DNA of 34,018 nt, from the IMG/VR virus record IMGVR_UViG_3300009684_000026; one strand, 5' to 3'. The notes under the pieces were generated by a model, which saw only the letters and a program-made list of their open reading frames with translations, ran no database searches and had not been told where the DNA came from. The DNA is from an uncultured virus (IMG/VR IMGVR_UViG_3300009684_000026) (taxonomy: Duplodnaviria; Heunggongvirae; Uroviricota; Caudoviricetes). Made by a program: the position numbers and the translations under genes. Shown piece by piece: positions 1 to 8,643 of the stretch (positions are counted from its first letter, which is position 1; each line of letters opens with the position of its first letter).

Positions 1-4
1 CGCA

Positions 5-778
5 TTGGCAAACAACCTCATTGCTCAAGCAACGGCTGAAAGGCCAGAAGCAAAAACAGCAACCATATTAAATCCAACAGAAAATATCGTGACTCTCCCT
101 GGCGGGTATCTAACACTTGCTGGGGAGCTAGTTACAGAAGCAGAAGTCAAGGAATTGACAGGAAAAGATGAGGAAGCAATTGCTCGTGCTAATACCACAG
201 GTAAAGCTTTGCTGACAATTCTGCAACGTGGAACAGTACGAATAGGCGAAGAAAAAACAACTGAATCTCTCTTAGATAGATTATTGTCTGGAGATAGGGA
301 CACACTTCTTTTGGGCATTCTTAAAGCTACATTTGGAAACGATTGTAATGTGCCGTCTTATTGTTCATCGTGCGATGAGTACAAAACGGTTACAGTAGAT
401 TTGACTGAAGATATCAAAATAGGAACTATGGAAGACCCAATAAATGACCGAGTCTTTACTGTAGAAGGAAAGAAAAATATTTTTACTGTACAACTTCCTA
501 CAGGAATTACTCAAAAAGAACTTTTGTTAAACGCCGATAAAACGGTTCCAGAATTAAATACGATTCTATTAGAAAACACCGTTGTTAAAATCAATAACAA
601 TCCAGTACTCAGCAAAAACCAAGTTCAAAACATGGGGATGGTTGATAGAAAAAAAGTTATTGAAGAGATTAACAACCGGGTAGTTGGACCAAAGTTTGAA
701 GACTTAACAGTTACTTGTCCTGACTGTGAAAGCGAGGTAACTGTCCCAATTAACTTGGGTACATTGTTTCGGTTCTAA
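5..778 (+). CDS. Tail assembly chaperone / baseplate hub assembly protein (T4 gp26-like) with two CxxC zinc knuckles; may extend upstream of the window
   Basis: Motifs 'EVKELTGKDEEAI', 'LLSGDRDTLLLGI..ATFG', CSSC and C-terminal CPDC; sits just before the tape-measure-like gene. The TTG start at 5 is uncertain because the frame is open to the window edge. Confidence 0.7.
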   Translation: MANNLIAQATAERPEAKTATILNPTENIVTLPGGYLTLAGELVTEAEVKELTGKDEEAIARANTTGKALLTILQRGTVRIGEEKTTESLLDRLLSGDRDTLLLGILKATFGNDCNVPSYCSSCDEYKTVTVDLTEDIKIGTMEDPINDRVFTVEGKKNIFTVQLPTGITQKELLLNADKTVPELNTILLENTVVKINNNPVLSKNQVQNMGMVDRKKVIEEINNRVVGPKFEDLTVTCPDCESEVTVPINLGTLFRF

Positions 779-923
779 TTTAAAAGAATATGCAGATGTA
801 CTCGTTGAATGGATGCAGTTATCTGAAGAGTATATAGGTTGGACTCTTACTGAGATACAGAACTTATCTTGGCGAGAACGAAAAAACTGGTTTGAACTTA
901 TGAAGTTAAAACGAAAGGAATAG
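768..923 (+). CDS. Unannotated short ORF (T4 gp51-like / chaperone 'T' segment), probably a +1 frameshifted extension of 5..778
   Basis: +1 frame open from 741 to TAG at 921-923: FGSNLKEYADVLVEWMQLSEEYIGWTLTEIQNLSWRERKNWFELMKLKRKE*. The 'W(S/T)LxEIxxLxxxER' pattern is typical of tail-chaperone second segments. The only early in-frame ATG (813) has no SD. Confidence 0.7.
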   Translation, partial: FGSNLKEYADVLVEWMQLSEEYIGWTLTEIQNLSWRERKNWFELMKLKRKE

Positions 924-924
924 C

Positions 925-3753
925 ATGAGCGTTATTGGCAATATAAAGGCCATGTCCTCTGGCGTTTCTGGGTTAACCAAAGAAGTCACCGCGTTAAATG
1001 CTGCTGTTAAAACTCTTCAGTCCACCTCTTCTACAGCCTTTAAATCTGTTAATGGGCTTTTAAATGGCGGAGGTCAAAGAAATTTAGGTAGGGGAGTTGG
1101 TGCCCCTACCATCATGTCTAACTCTCTGTCTTCATTTTCTACGCCAACGTATGCTCCGGGTAGCATGGCTTCTAAAATGTCAGGCGTAATTACTAGCGCA
1201 ACAAACCGAGTTGCGTCAAAAATGGGTTTTGAAACATCTGCCGAACACTTAACGGATGCCTCTGCAGGTGGAGGAGGAGGAGGTGGAGGTTCTTCTACAG
1301 GCGGTATTTTAAAGATGATAGGAGGTGCTTTTAACATGGTTACCGCTCCTATACAAGGAGCGTACGCAGCGGCTATGCCTACCGAAGGTATTCTAAACCG
1401 TGCGGGTAGTTATTACCAAGCAACGTTACGAGCAGGTATCGGTACTTCTCGTGCAGGTGTTGAAGCGGCTACATTTAAAGCCTTAACTACAAATGGTAGT
1501 GGAATAACTGGCATTGGTTCAGATGCACAAGTTGCAAATATATTAGCTGGTGCTGGATTTACCGCCGGTCCTAATAACAAAAATTATTTGTCAGCCGTAG
1601 CGCAAGTTGGTGGAGCTGCTAGGTACCTTGCTATGGACAATAGTGCTGCCGCTGCTGCGATTGCAGGTTTGCAGTCTGGAAAAACCGCAGCAAATATGTA
1701 CCAATATGGCATCACTACCATGAATAAAGATGGAACCATGAAAAGCGAAGGCGAAATTGCCAAGCAAATAATGAAAACATTTGCGCCCACAGATGCAAAA
1801 GGAAACAGTTTAATAAACGGCAAAAAAATTACTGCCGAATCAATTAACATGTCTTACTTAAAAGGTAATTTAGGACCAATTTTGGAAGGTCTAGGGTTGT
1901 CTCCTGATCAACAACAGATGATTGTTCAGTCTATGCAAGACATTAGCCAAGGAAAAAATCCTGATCTTTCAACCAAAACCACAAAAAGCGGTGGTAAAGG
2001 TAAGAATGAAAATCCTTACGATGCTGTGTACAGGTCAGATGCCTCTCAAACAAACGTGCAAATGTACTCCGAACGAAATGCATTGCGAGGACTTGCCGCC
2101 TCTGCAACTATAATTGAAGATTTTAATAGTAGCATGAAGGTAGCTATTCAAACTATGGCTTTATTTAAAGGAGGCAAAGAAGGGCTTATGAGCTCTAATG
2201 CGGGGCAAGGAATCTCAAAGACAGTTAAATCTTTTGTTGGTGGATTAAGAGACGTTATTGATGGTTTTATAGCTACTCTAGAAGGACGTGGAGGTGGAAC
2301 TCCTGGATACGGAGGTTCATTTACCCAAGGTCCACGTGGAGGTGGTACTCCTAGCTTAAATGCTTCTCCAGTAAAAAAAGGTAATATATCTGCGGGATTT
2401 GGTGAGACAGGAAGTATTTGGGCATCAACGGGAAACACGCACCAAGGCGTAGACTATGATGTTCCAGTTGGAACACCGGTTTACTCTGTTGGTGACGGAA
2501 TTGTTTCTTTGACAACGTTAAACCCAGATTACGGTCAAGCAATTATGGTTGACCATCCAAACGGATTTTCAACAGTCTATGCACACTTGAGTAACAAAGA
2601 AGTTTCTCCAGGCACTCCTGTGTATAAAGGAACCGAAATTGGTAAGTCTGGAAAATCTGGTAATACAACTGGGCCATCATTGCACTTTGAGGTTCGCAGA
2701 GGATTAAACAATGTCGTTGATCCTGCAACATTTCCTAATAGTGGTTCTCCTTTAACTACTAATTTTTCAAACAATAGCCCCTCAACTTTAAGTTCTAGCC
2801 CATCTACTTTAAGTTCTAGCACATTAAGTTCTTCTTCTCAAGCCAGTAACTCTGGATCAGATTCGTCTCCTAGTGCACCTGGAACACCCGGATCATCTAA
2901 AGCAAGCGTTGGTGTTGGTTTGAATATTGCAGGTTTTAATAGCGTTTATAACTTTTTGTTAGGCAAAGGATTTACTAAAAATGCAACATTAGGTATCCTT
3001 GGAAACTTTGTTGGAGAATCTAATTTAAGACCGACTGCAGCAGGAGACCGAGGTTACGTAGACCCTAATAATAAATACAAATTTCATTTTGATGAAAGTT
3101 ATCCGCCCACTTCTTTTGGAATTGCTCAATGGCATTTAAGTCGGTGGGATGACTTAAAAGCATTTTCGGCAAAACTTAACTTAGACCCAGCAACTATTGA
3201 AGCACAACAACAATTTTTATGGCATGAATTAAAGAGCTACACTGGTTTAGTAAAAGATTTTCGTGACCCAAAAACTACTACTTTTGGCGCTTCAAAAGAA
3301 TTTTTAGTTAAATTTGAAAGAGGGTTAAATGTTTCAGATCAAGCTTCACAATACAGAGCCGATTTAGGAGTTAGTGCTTACAACTATGCAACAGAAAACG
3401 CACCAACTACCTCAGTAAAAAAACCTACTACCTCAGTAAAAAAACCTACTACATCAGGAAAGAAACCTACTACATCAGGAAAGAAAGGTGGAGGAACTCC
3501 TGGTTATGGAGCTTCTATGCCTGAAACAACTGTGTACGGTAGTAATTCTGCTCAAATTCTTTCACCTGCAACAACCATGTATGGGAATGCACCGGATCAA
3601 ATTCCTGCTCCTGCAATCAACTCTGGGTCTAAAACTGTAAACATCACCGTTAAATTTGACAATGCAAATGAAGCTAACGCTATGAAATTTGCTAAACAAG
3701 TTCAAATGTATTTAGAAGAAAAGAATAATATCTCCATGATTGGAAAGTCATAA
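925..3753 (+). CDS. Tape-measure-like tail protein with M23 peptidase domain and phage tail lysozyme domain
   Basis: A/G/S-rich helical N-terminal half. M23 motifs HQGVD, VYAHL, GxSGNTTGPSLHFEVR. Tail-lysozyme motifs GILGNFVGES and GIAQW. SD GAAAGGA at 913-919. Confidence 0.85.
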   Translation: MSVIGNIKAMSSGVSGLTKEVTALNAAVKTLQSTSSTAFKSVNGLLNGGGQRNLGRGVGAPTIMSNSLSSFSTPTYAPGSMASKMSGVITSATNRVASKMGFETSAEHLTDASAGGGGGGGGSSTGGILKMIGGAFNMVTAPIQGAYAAAMPTEGILNRAGSYYQATLRAGIGTSRAGVEAATFKALTTNGSGITGIGSDAQVANILAGAGFTAGPNNKNYLSAVAQVGGAARYLAMDNSAAAAAIAGLQSGKTAANMYQYGITTMNKDGTMKSEGEIAKQIMKTFAPTDAKGNSLINGKKITAESINMSYLKGNLGPILEGLGLSPDQQQMIVQSMQDISQGKNPDLSTKTTKSGGKGKNENPYDAVYRSDASQTNVQMYSERNALRGLAASATIIEDFNSSMKVAIQTMALFKGGKEGLMSSNAGQGISKTVKSFVGGLRDVIDGFIATLEGRGGGTPGYGGSFTQGPRGGGTPSLNASPVKKGNISAGFGETGSIWASTGNTHQGVDYDVPVGTPVYSVGDGIVSLTTLNPDYGQAIMVDHPNGFSTVYAHLSNKEVSPGTPVYKGTEIGKSGKSGNTTGPSLHFEVRRGLNNVVDPATFPNSGSPLTTNFSNNSPSTLSSSPSTLSSSTLSSSSQASNSGSDSSPSAPGTPGSSKASVGVGLNIAGFNSVYNFLLGKGFTKNATLGILGNFVGESNLRPTAAGDRGYVDPNNKYKFHFDESYPPTSFGIAQWHLSRWDDLKAFSAKLNLDPATIEAQQQFLWHELKSYTGLVKDFRDPKTTTFGASKEFLVKFERGLNVSDQASQYRADLGVSAYNYATENAPTTSVKKPTTSVKKPTTSGKKPTTSGKKGGGTPGYGASMPETTVYGSNSAQILSPATTMYGNAPDQIPAPAINSGSKTVNITVKFDNANEANAMKFAKQVQMYLEEKNNISMIGKS
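3403..3486 (+). repeat. 4 x 21-bp tandem coding repeat (PTTSVKK x2, PTTSGKK x2)
   Basis: cc(a/t)actacctcagtaaaaaaa / cctactacatcaggaaagaaa units read directly. Confidence 0.95.
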
Positions 3754-5189
3754 TGGCTTATAGTCCTCCACTACCACCAGATAAGTTAGACAAAGATCAA
3801 CAAAAAAAAGCGGATACAGCCGGTGCTGTTGCAAAAGCAAACGCAACTAACACAGCATTAGAAAACGAAGTAAAAAAAGCTGAAGCTAATTTAAAAAAAG
3901 TTACAGACGATATAAAAAAATACACAGATGCTAAAGCAGCTGCAGAAAAAAAGTATAAAGAAAGTCTTGATGGGTATAATAAACTAAAAGTATTAGCTGC
4001 AACTCAATTAACTGCAAACGGTGGGGATAAAAATAGCCATAATACAAATCCAACAGGGTATGAATATTCGTATTTAAATGAAAGATTACATCAAGGTTAC
4101 CCAGGGCTTATAGAACAAACCGCAGCTTTAAACAATTCAATAAAAGAAATTGATGCAATTGTAGAAGATATTAGAATAAAGAGATTAGTTGATGCACAAA
4201 ACAAATTTAATGTTGCAAAAAATAATCTAGCTGGTCTTCCATCACCATCTGGCAGATTTCCTGCCCTTGGAAAGGTTGATGTCGTAAAAAGAGGTAGTGA
4301 AACTTCGTCGTCTTCTTCTAGCTTAAGCGATACAACTAATCCTCCAAGTACAATTTTTAAACCACCATCAGGATTTTTAGCGTATACCTATAACCTTCCA
4401 ATGATTTCTAACAATTATTTTAATGGAGTTGAACTACATGATTTAAACGGCGATTTTAATACGGCCTTACCTAGTATATCTAGAGATGCTAAACATTTTT
4501 GGAGTCCAGGTGTATCCGGTAAAGGAACAATTCAAGCAGATAGACTTACCTACAAAAATACACAGTTAGCACAAGACTTATTAAGCAGACAAAAATCAGG
4601 ATTTACAGCTTCAGGGCTTGCCCCACAATTGTGGGGATTTAGGTTTTTGTACAATCCAGAAACCGTAAACATGGGTTGGGGAGCTATTAGCGCTACTGAC
4701 CCTGTGTATGAAGGTTTAAATCAAGATCAATTTTTTGGTGGAACAGCCAACCTCATTTCAAGTCAGCTTGAATTTAACTTAGTCTTAAACCGTATAGGCG
4801 ATTTTAACTACTTAGATAGCAATGGATTAATAGGTAAAAACCCATATCCAACTACCACTCCCCCAAGCAATGACGAATTAAAACTTCTATATGAAAAAGG
4901 AACTATGTATGATATTGAATATTTATTTAGAGCGTTATTTAGCATTGGTACTTACACTAGTTATAATAGCTATTTAATGGGAGGTGTAACTAGCGATCCT
5001 GGATGGCTTCCTATGTGGCCTGTTGAACTACATCTTGGTAATCAATTACGTTATAGAGTTCGTGTTAGTAGCCTTAGTGTTCACCACTCTATATTTAATT
5101 TTAGAATGATTCCCATTCTCTCTACTGTTACTATGACTTGTACACGTTATTATGATTCTGTTACTGGAATAGGAACTACAGTAACATGA
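3753..5189 (+). CDS. Virion structural protein: N-terminal coiled coil plus C-terminal tube-initiator-like domain
   Basis: K/E/A-rich heptads at the N-terminus; 'FRFLYNPETV' resembles contractile-tail tube-initiator proteins; lies between the tape measure and LysM genes. Confidence 0.5.
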   Translation: MAYSPPLPPDKLDKDQQKKADTAGAVAKANATNTALENEVKKAEANLKKVTDDIKKYTDAKAAAEKKYKESLDGYNKLKVLAATQLTANGGDKNSHNTNPTGYEYSYLNERLHQGYPGLIEQTAALNNSIKEIDAIVEDIRIKRLVDAQNKFNVAKNNLAGLPSPSGRFPALGKVDVVKRGSETSSSSSSLSDTTNPPSTIFKPPSGFLAYTYNLPMISNNYFNGVELHDLNGDFNTALPSISRDAKHFWSPGVSGKGTIQADRLTYKNTQLAQDLLSRQKSGFTASGLAPQLWGFRFLYNPETVNMGWGAISATDPVYEGLNQDQFFGGTANLISSQLEFNLVLNRIGDFNYLDSNGLIGKNPYPTTTPPSNDELKLLYEKGTMYDIEYLFRALFSIGTYTSYNSYLMGGVTSDPGWLPMWPVELHLGNQLRYRVRVSSLSVHHSIFNFRMIPILSTVTMTCTRYYDSVTGIGTTVT

Positions 5190-5464
5190 CAATTTATTCA
5201 GACAGTCGGTATGCGTACGGGCCATTATTTAAAGCCTATGATGCTCGGTCAACTAACACCGTAGTTACAGTATTTAGGGAATGGCCTCTATCTATATCTA
5301 ATGTTAAATGGTACCAAGTAGATGAGATTGATCGCATTGAAAATTTAGCGACTATATTTTTAGGTAAACCAGAACTGTGGTGGACCATTATGGATATTAA
5401 CCCCGAAATTCTTAACCCATTTGACATTAAACCTGGAACTATGATACGGATTCCACATGGCTAG
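5186..5464 (+). CDS. LysM-like baseplate wedge protein (T4 gp53 / P2 gpX-like)
   Basis: 'DRIENLATIFLGKPELWWTIMDINP...IKPGTMIRIP' pattern. Confidence 0.8.
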   Translation: MTIYSDSRYAYGPLFKAYDARSTNTVVTVFREWPLSISNVKWYQVDEIDRIENLATIFLGKPELWWTIMDINPEILNPFDIKPGTMIRIPHG

Positions 5465-6710
5465 ATCAACTCAAAGTAGATATAGCACTAGAGTAGACGT
5501 ATCGTTTCCAGATTTTCCTACATTTAATACTCCTATTCGTCAATTTAAACTCATACAAGAAGCGGGTAATCATGACGTTATAGAGTTGCACTTTGGTACT
5601 TTTAACTCTTTTTATTTAAAAAGATTAAAAACAGGAGTAGCGGTAAGAGTTTCTTGGAAAAACTCAAAAGGTACTGGAGATTTTTATGGGTATGTTTATC
5701 ACGTTGTGAATACAACGCAAGCTACGCTAGTAAGAAATGTAATAGTCACATGTGTAGGCGCTTCATTTGTGCTAAAAGAAGGAGGAAGCAAAAATTGGTT
5801 AAATAAAACTGCTTCTGAAATTGTAACTGATATTGCAAAAACTTTTAAATTAAAACCAGTAGTAACACAACACCCTGTTAGGTTTTCTCATCAATCTTTA
5901 GTTGGTCATACATACTGGGAAAAAATACAGGAGTTAGCACAACGCATTGGGTATGTAGCTCAAGTTATAGGGGTAGAACTTCACTTTCATCCTATGGATA
6001 TTATGATAGATAAAAATGCTTTATCTATACCCGTTCTTTCTCATCATGATTCTATCATAGGTTTTGACGGAGCTTATGAAGCACATACATTGGATATGTT
6101 TAAGCCTAAAATAGGAGATCATGTAGAAGTAGGTGGTCATAACCGCAAAAATAAAACTGTGACTGGAATTAACCATGTTACAGGCAAGGTATTTTCGGCT
6201 ACCTCATCTCCAAACCAAGTTGGTGTAAATTTAAGATACACCACAAAAGATGCACTTTTTTCAGAGATCATACCAACCCATATAACAGATACTGCAACAG
6301 CTGCTAAAGCTACTGCAGATGCTCATGCCCAGTTAGCCCGTTGGTCTATACCAGCTATAGGAGCTGGTCAAGGAGACCCACGAATTGTTCCGTATGCTAC
6401 GGTAGAAATTAATGGAACTGGAGATACCACAGACGGATTTTGGATAATAAAAAAAGTAGAACATACAGCATTTTTTGATGGACGTTACAACGTAGAATTT
6501 TCTTGCGTTACGGATGGGATTGGTGGAAATAAACCTACAGCTTTTAGAACTTCGTCTGCAACTATTTTTCCTACACGAAACATAGCGTTTGAGTTGTCTC
6601 AACAGAACACAAACAAACTTACCTCTGTTAAACTTACTGCACAAGTTCCTCTTGTTAGAGAGACAGAAGCTGAATTTTTAAAAACACCTAGAAGATGGGT
6701 TGGTATGTAA
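5457..6710 (+). CDS. Baseplate hub protein (T4 gp27 / P2 gpD / Mu gp44-like)
   Basis: 'W.NKTASEIVTDIA', 'YWEKIQELAQRIGY', 'GDPRI...VEING.G...DGFWIIKKVEH' motifs; synteny. Confidence 0.8.
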   Translation: MARSTQSRYSTRVDVSFPDFPTFNTPIRQFKLIQEAGNHDVIELHFGTFNSFYLKRLKTGVAVRVSWKNSKGTGDFYGYVYHVVNTTQATLVRNVIVTCVGASFVLKEGGSKNWLNKTASEIVTDIAKTFKLKPVVTQHPVRFSHQSLVGHTYWEKIQELAQRIGYVAQVIGVELHFHPMDIMIDKNALSIPVLSHHDSIIGFDGAYEAHTLDMFKPKIGDHVEVGGHNRKNKTVTGINHVTGKVFSATSSPNQVGVNLRYTTKDALFSEIIPTHITDTATAAKATADAHAQLARWSIPAIGAGQGDPRIVPYATVEINGTGDTTDGFWIIKKVEHTAFFDGRYNVEFSCVTDGIGGNKPTAFRTSSATIFPTRNIAFELSQQNTNKLTSVKLTAQVPLVRETEAEFLKTPRRWVGM

Positions 6711-7111
6711 TGAAAGAAGTTGCATTATCTTTACCTTTTTCTATTGATCTTTATGGGGCTATATCAGCTACATCTGAACAACCTAAAATTTGGCAAGATA
6801 GAGTACGAGCTGTTATAGGCACTAACATAAGAGAACGTGTTATGAAACCAGACTTTGGAACATATATCTCTACTTCTTTTATGGAAACACAGGAAGAAGC
6901 AGAGTCTTCCATAAAACAAGAAGTCCAAACAGCGTTTGCAAATTTTCTTAGTCCATTGTATTTAAACTCGGTGACAACAATCTTTGATGAATATGAAGGC
7001 TCAGTAAACGTTTCTGTAAATTACAACTTACCAAACAACCAAACCGAGATCACAACAGTTGCAGTGGTTTACGTTTTAGGAGCACTTCCACCGTATGAGG
7101 AGAACATATGA
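6710..7111 (+). CDS. Baseplate wedge / sheath initiator (T4 gp25 / P2 gpW-like)
   Basis: 'LSLPFSID...GTNIRERVMKPDFGT' motif; start placed at ATG 6710, overlapping the upstream TAA. Confidence 0.85.
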   Translation: MKEVALSLPFSIDLYGAISATSEQPKIWQDRVRAVIGTNIRERVMKPDFGTYISTSFMETQEEAESSIKQEVQTAFANFLSPLYLNSVTTIFDEYEGSVNVSVNYNLPNNQTEITTVAVVYVLGALPPYEENI

Positions 7112-8643
7112 GCATAACACCGCCGTTAAATATCCCTGTAGCAATTGACTACACTGGTAGAGATTACTATAGTTTACGAGAAGAGATGATTCTTAGAGCA
7201 AAGGATCGTTTGCCAAACTGGACTGCATCTGACCCAGCAGATTTTGGCGTTGCTTTAATTGAAGCATTTGCATACATGGGCGATCTAATGTCTTACTATA
7301 TTGACAGAAATATGAACGAAGCGTTTATCTCTACCGCAACACAACGAGACAGTGTACTTAACTTGGCCCAAACATACGGGTATACACCAGCAGGATACAG
7401 AGCTGCAAATGTTTTTCTTACTTTCGTTAACTCTTCTGCAAACAGTATTACAATTCCAAAAGGAACCGTTGTTTCTGGAGATATAGTCATAGGAGACGTG
7501 CTATACACAGTAGACTTTACAACAACAGCCGATGCAATCTGTGACCCAAATGTTGACGGAGGCGAAGCAACCGTATTAGCAAAGAGTGGACGTTCAATAA
7601 CTCTAAGTGCAAATAATTCTTATGGTGAACTTATCGGTACTTCAACTGGTAAAGCTGGTCAAATTTGGTCGTTGTCAGAGACTCCTGTTGTAGACGATAC
7701 TGTAGAAGTATATGTTGGAGATGGAGTTACTTATTCTAAATGGACAAAAGTAAACCACTTAATTGATTACGGTCCCTATGATCAAGTGTTTGCATCTACA
7801 ACCGACCAAAACAATGTTGTATCAGTTTTATTTGGTGATGGTATATCCGGGCAAATACCTGCACAAAACTATGAAATTAGAGCAGCATATTTAATTGGCG
7901 GAGGATCAATAGCTAATGTTCCAACGAGAACATTGCAAACCATCTCTTATGTTCCTAATTTATCTCACAATGATTTAGTGGCTTTACAAAGCAATGTAAC
8001 AGTTTATAATGGCAATAATGCTCTTGGTGGTTCTGACCCAGAATCTTTAGATTTTATTCGGTATGGAGCTCCTATCTCTTTGCGAGCAAACAACAGAGCA
8101 GTTACACTAGAAGACTTTATTAGTTTGGCTACTCAAGTTTCTGGAGTTGGTAAAGCAATGCCTTCAACAGAAACATGGTCTTCGGTAACGTTGTACATTG
8201 CCCCAACACAAACAGAAAAAGATACCGATACTTCTCCAGGATTAAACTCTGACGGTTCTCCATCTACTGCATTTACAGAGTTAAGCTCTACCGTTCTTAC
8301 AACTTTAACTCCAAAGCTGTTAATAGGCACTACGCTTACTATCCAACCGCCAATATACGTAGATGTCATTACAACAATTTCATATACCAAACTTCCGCAA
8401 TATACCGATGTTGAAATACAAAAAGCAATTGTAAAAAAAATGATTACGCAGTTTGGATACTTAAATAATAATTTTCATCAAACCATTTATCCTCAAGATA
8501 TTGAATATCATTTACAGCAAGTTAGTGGAGTAAAAAATGCTCGTTTAACTGCGTTACATAGAAGCGGTGGTTCAGGCGTACAAACTCTTACTGGAGCAGC
8601 AAATGAAATATTTCGTTTCTTACAAGGCAATATAAATGTATGA
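7108..8643 (+). CDS. Baseplate wedge protein (baseplate J / T4 gp6-like)
   Basis: 'IDYTGRDYYSLR..W...DPADFGVALIEAFAY..D...YYID...NEAF..TA', 'FGDG..G.IP', 'GGSDPES', 'RAVTLEDF'. Confidence 0.92.
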   Translation: MSITPPLNIPVAIDYTGRDYYSLREEMILRAKDRLPNWTASDPADFGVALIEAFAYMGDLMSYYIDRNMNEAFISTATQRDSVLNLAQTYGYTPAGYRAANVFLTFVNSSANSITIPKGTVVSGDIVIGDVLYTVDFTTTADAICDPNVDGGEATVLAKSGRSITLSANNSYGELIGTSTGKAGQIWSLSETPVVDDTVEVYVGDGVTYSKWTKVNHLIDYGPYDQVFASTTDQNNVVSVLFGDGISGQIPAQNYEIRAAYLIGGGSIANVPTRTLQTISYVPNLSHNDLVALQSNVTVYNGNNALGGSDPESLDFIRYGAPISLRANNRAVTLEDFISLATQVSGVGKAMPSTETWSSVTLYIAPTQTEKDTDTSPGLNSDGSPSTAFTELSSTVLTTLTPKLLIGTTLTIQPPIYVDVITTISYTKLPQYTDVEIQKAIVKKMITQFGYLNNNFHQTIYPQDIEYHLQQVSGVKNARLTALHRSGGSGVQTLTGAANEIFRFLQGNINV

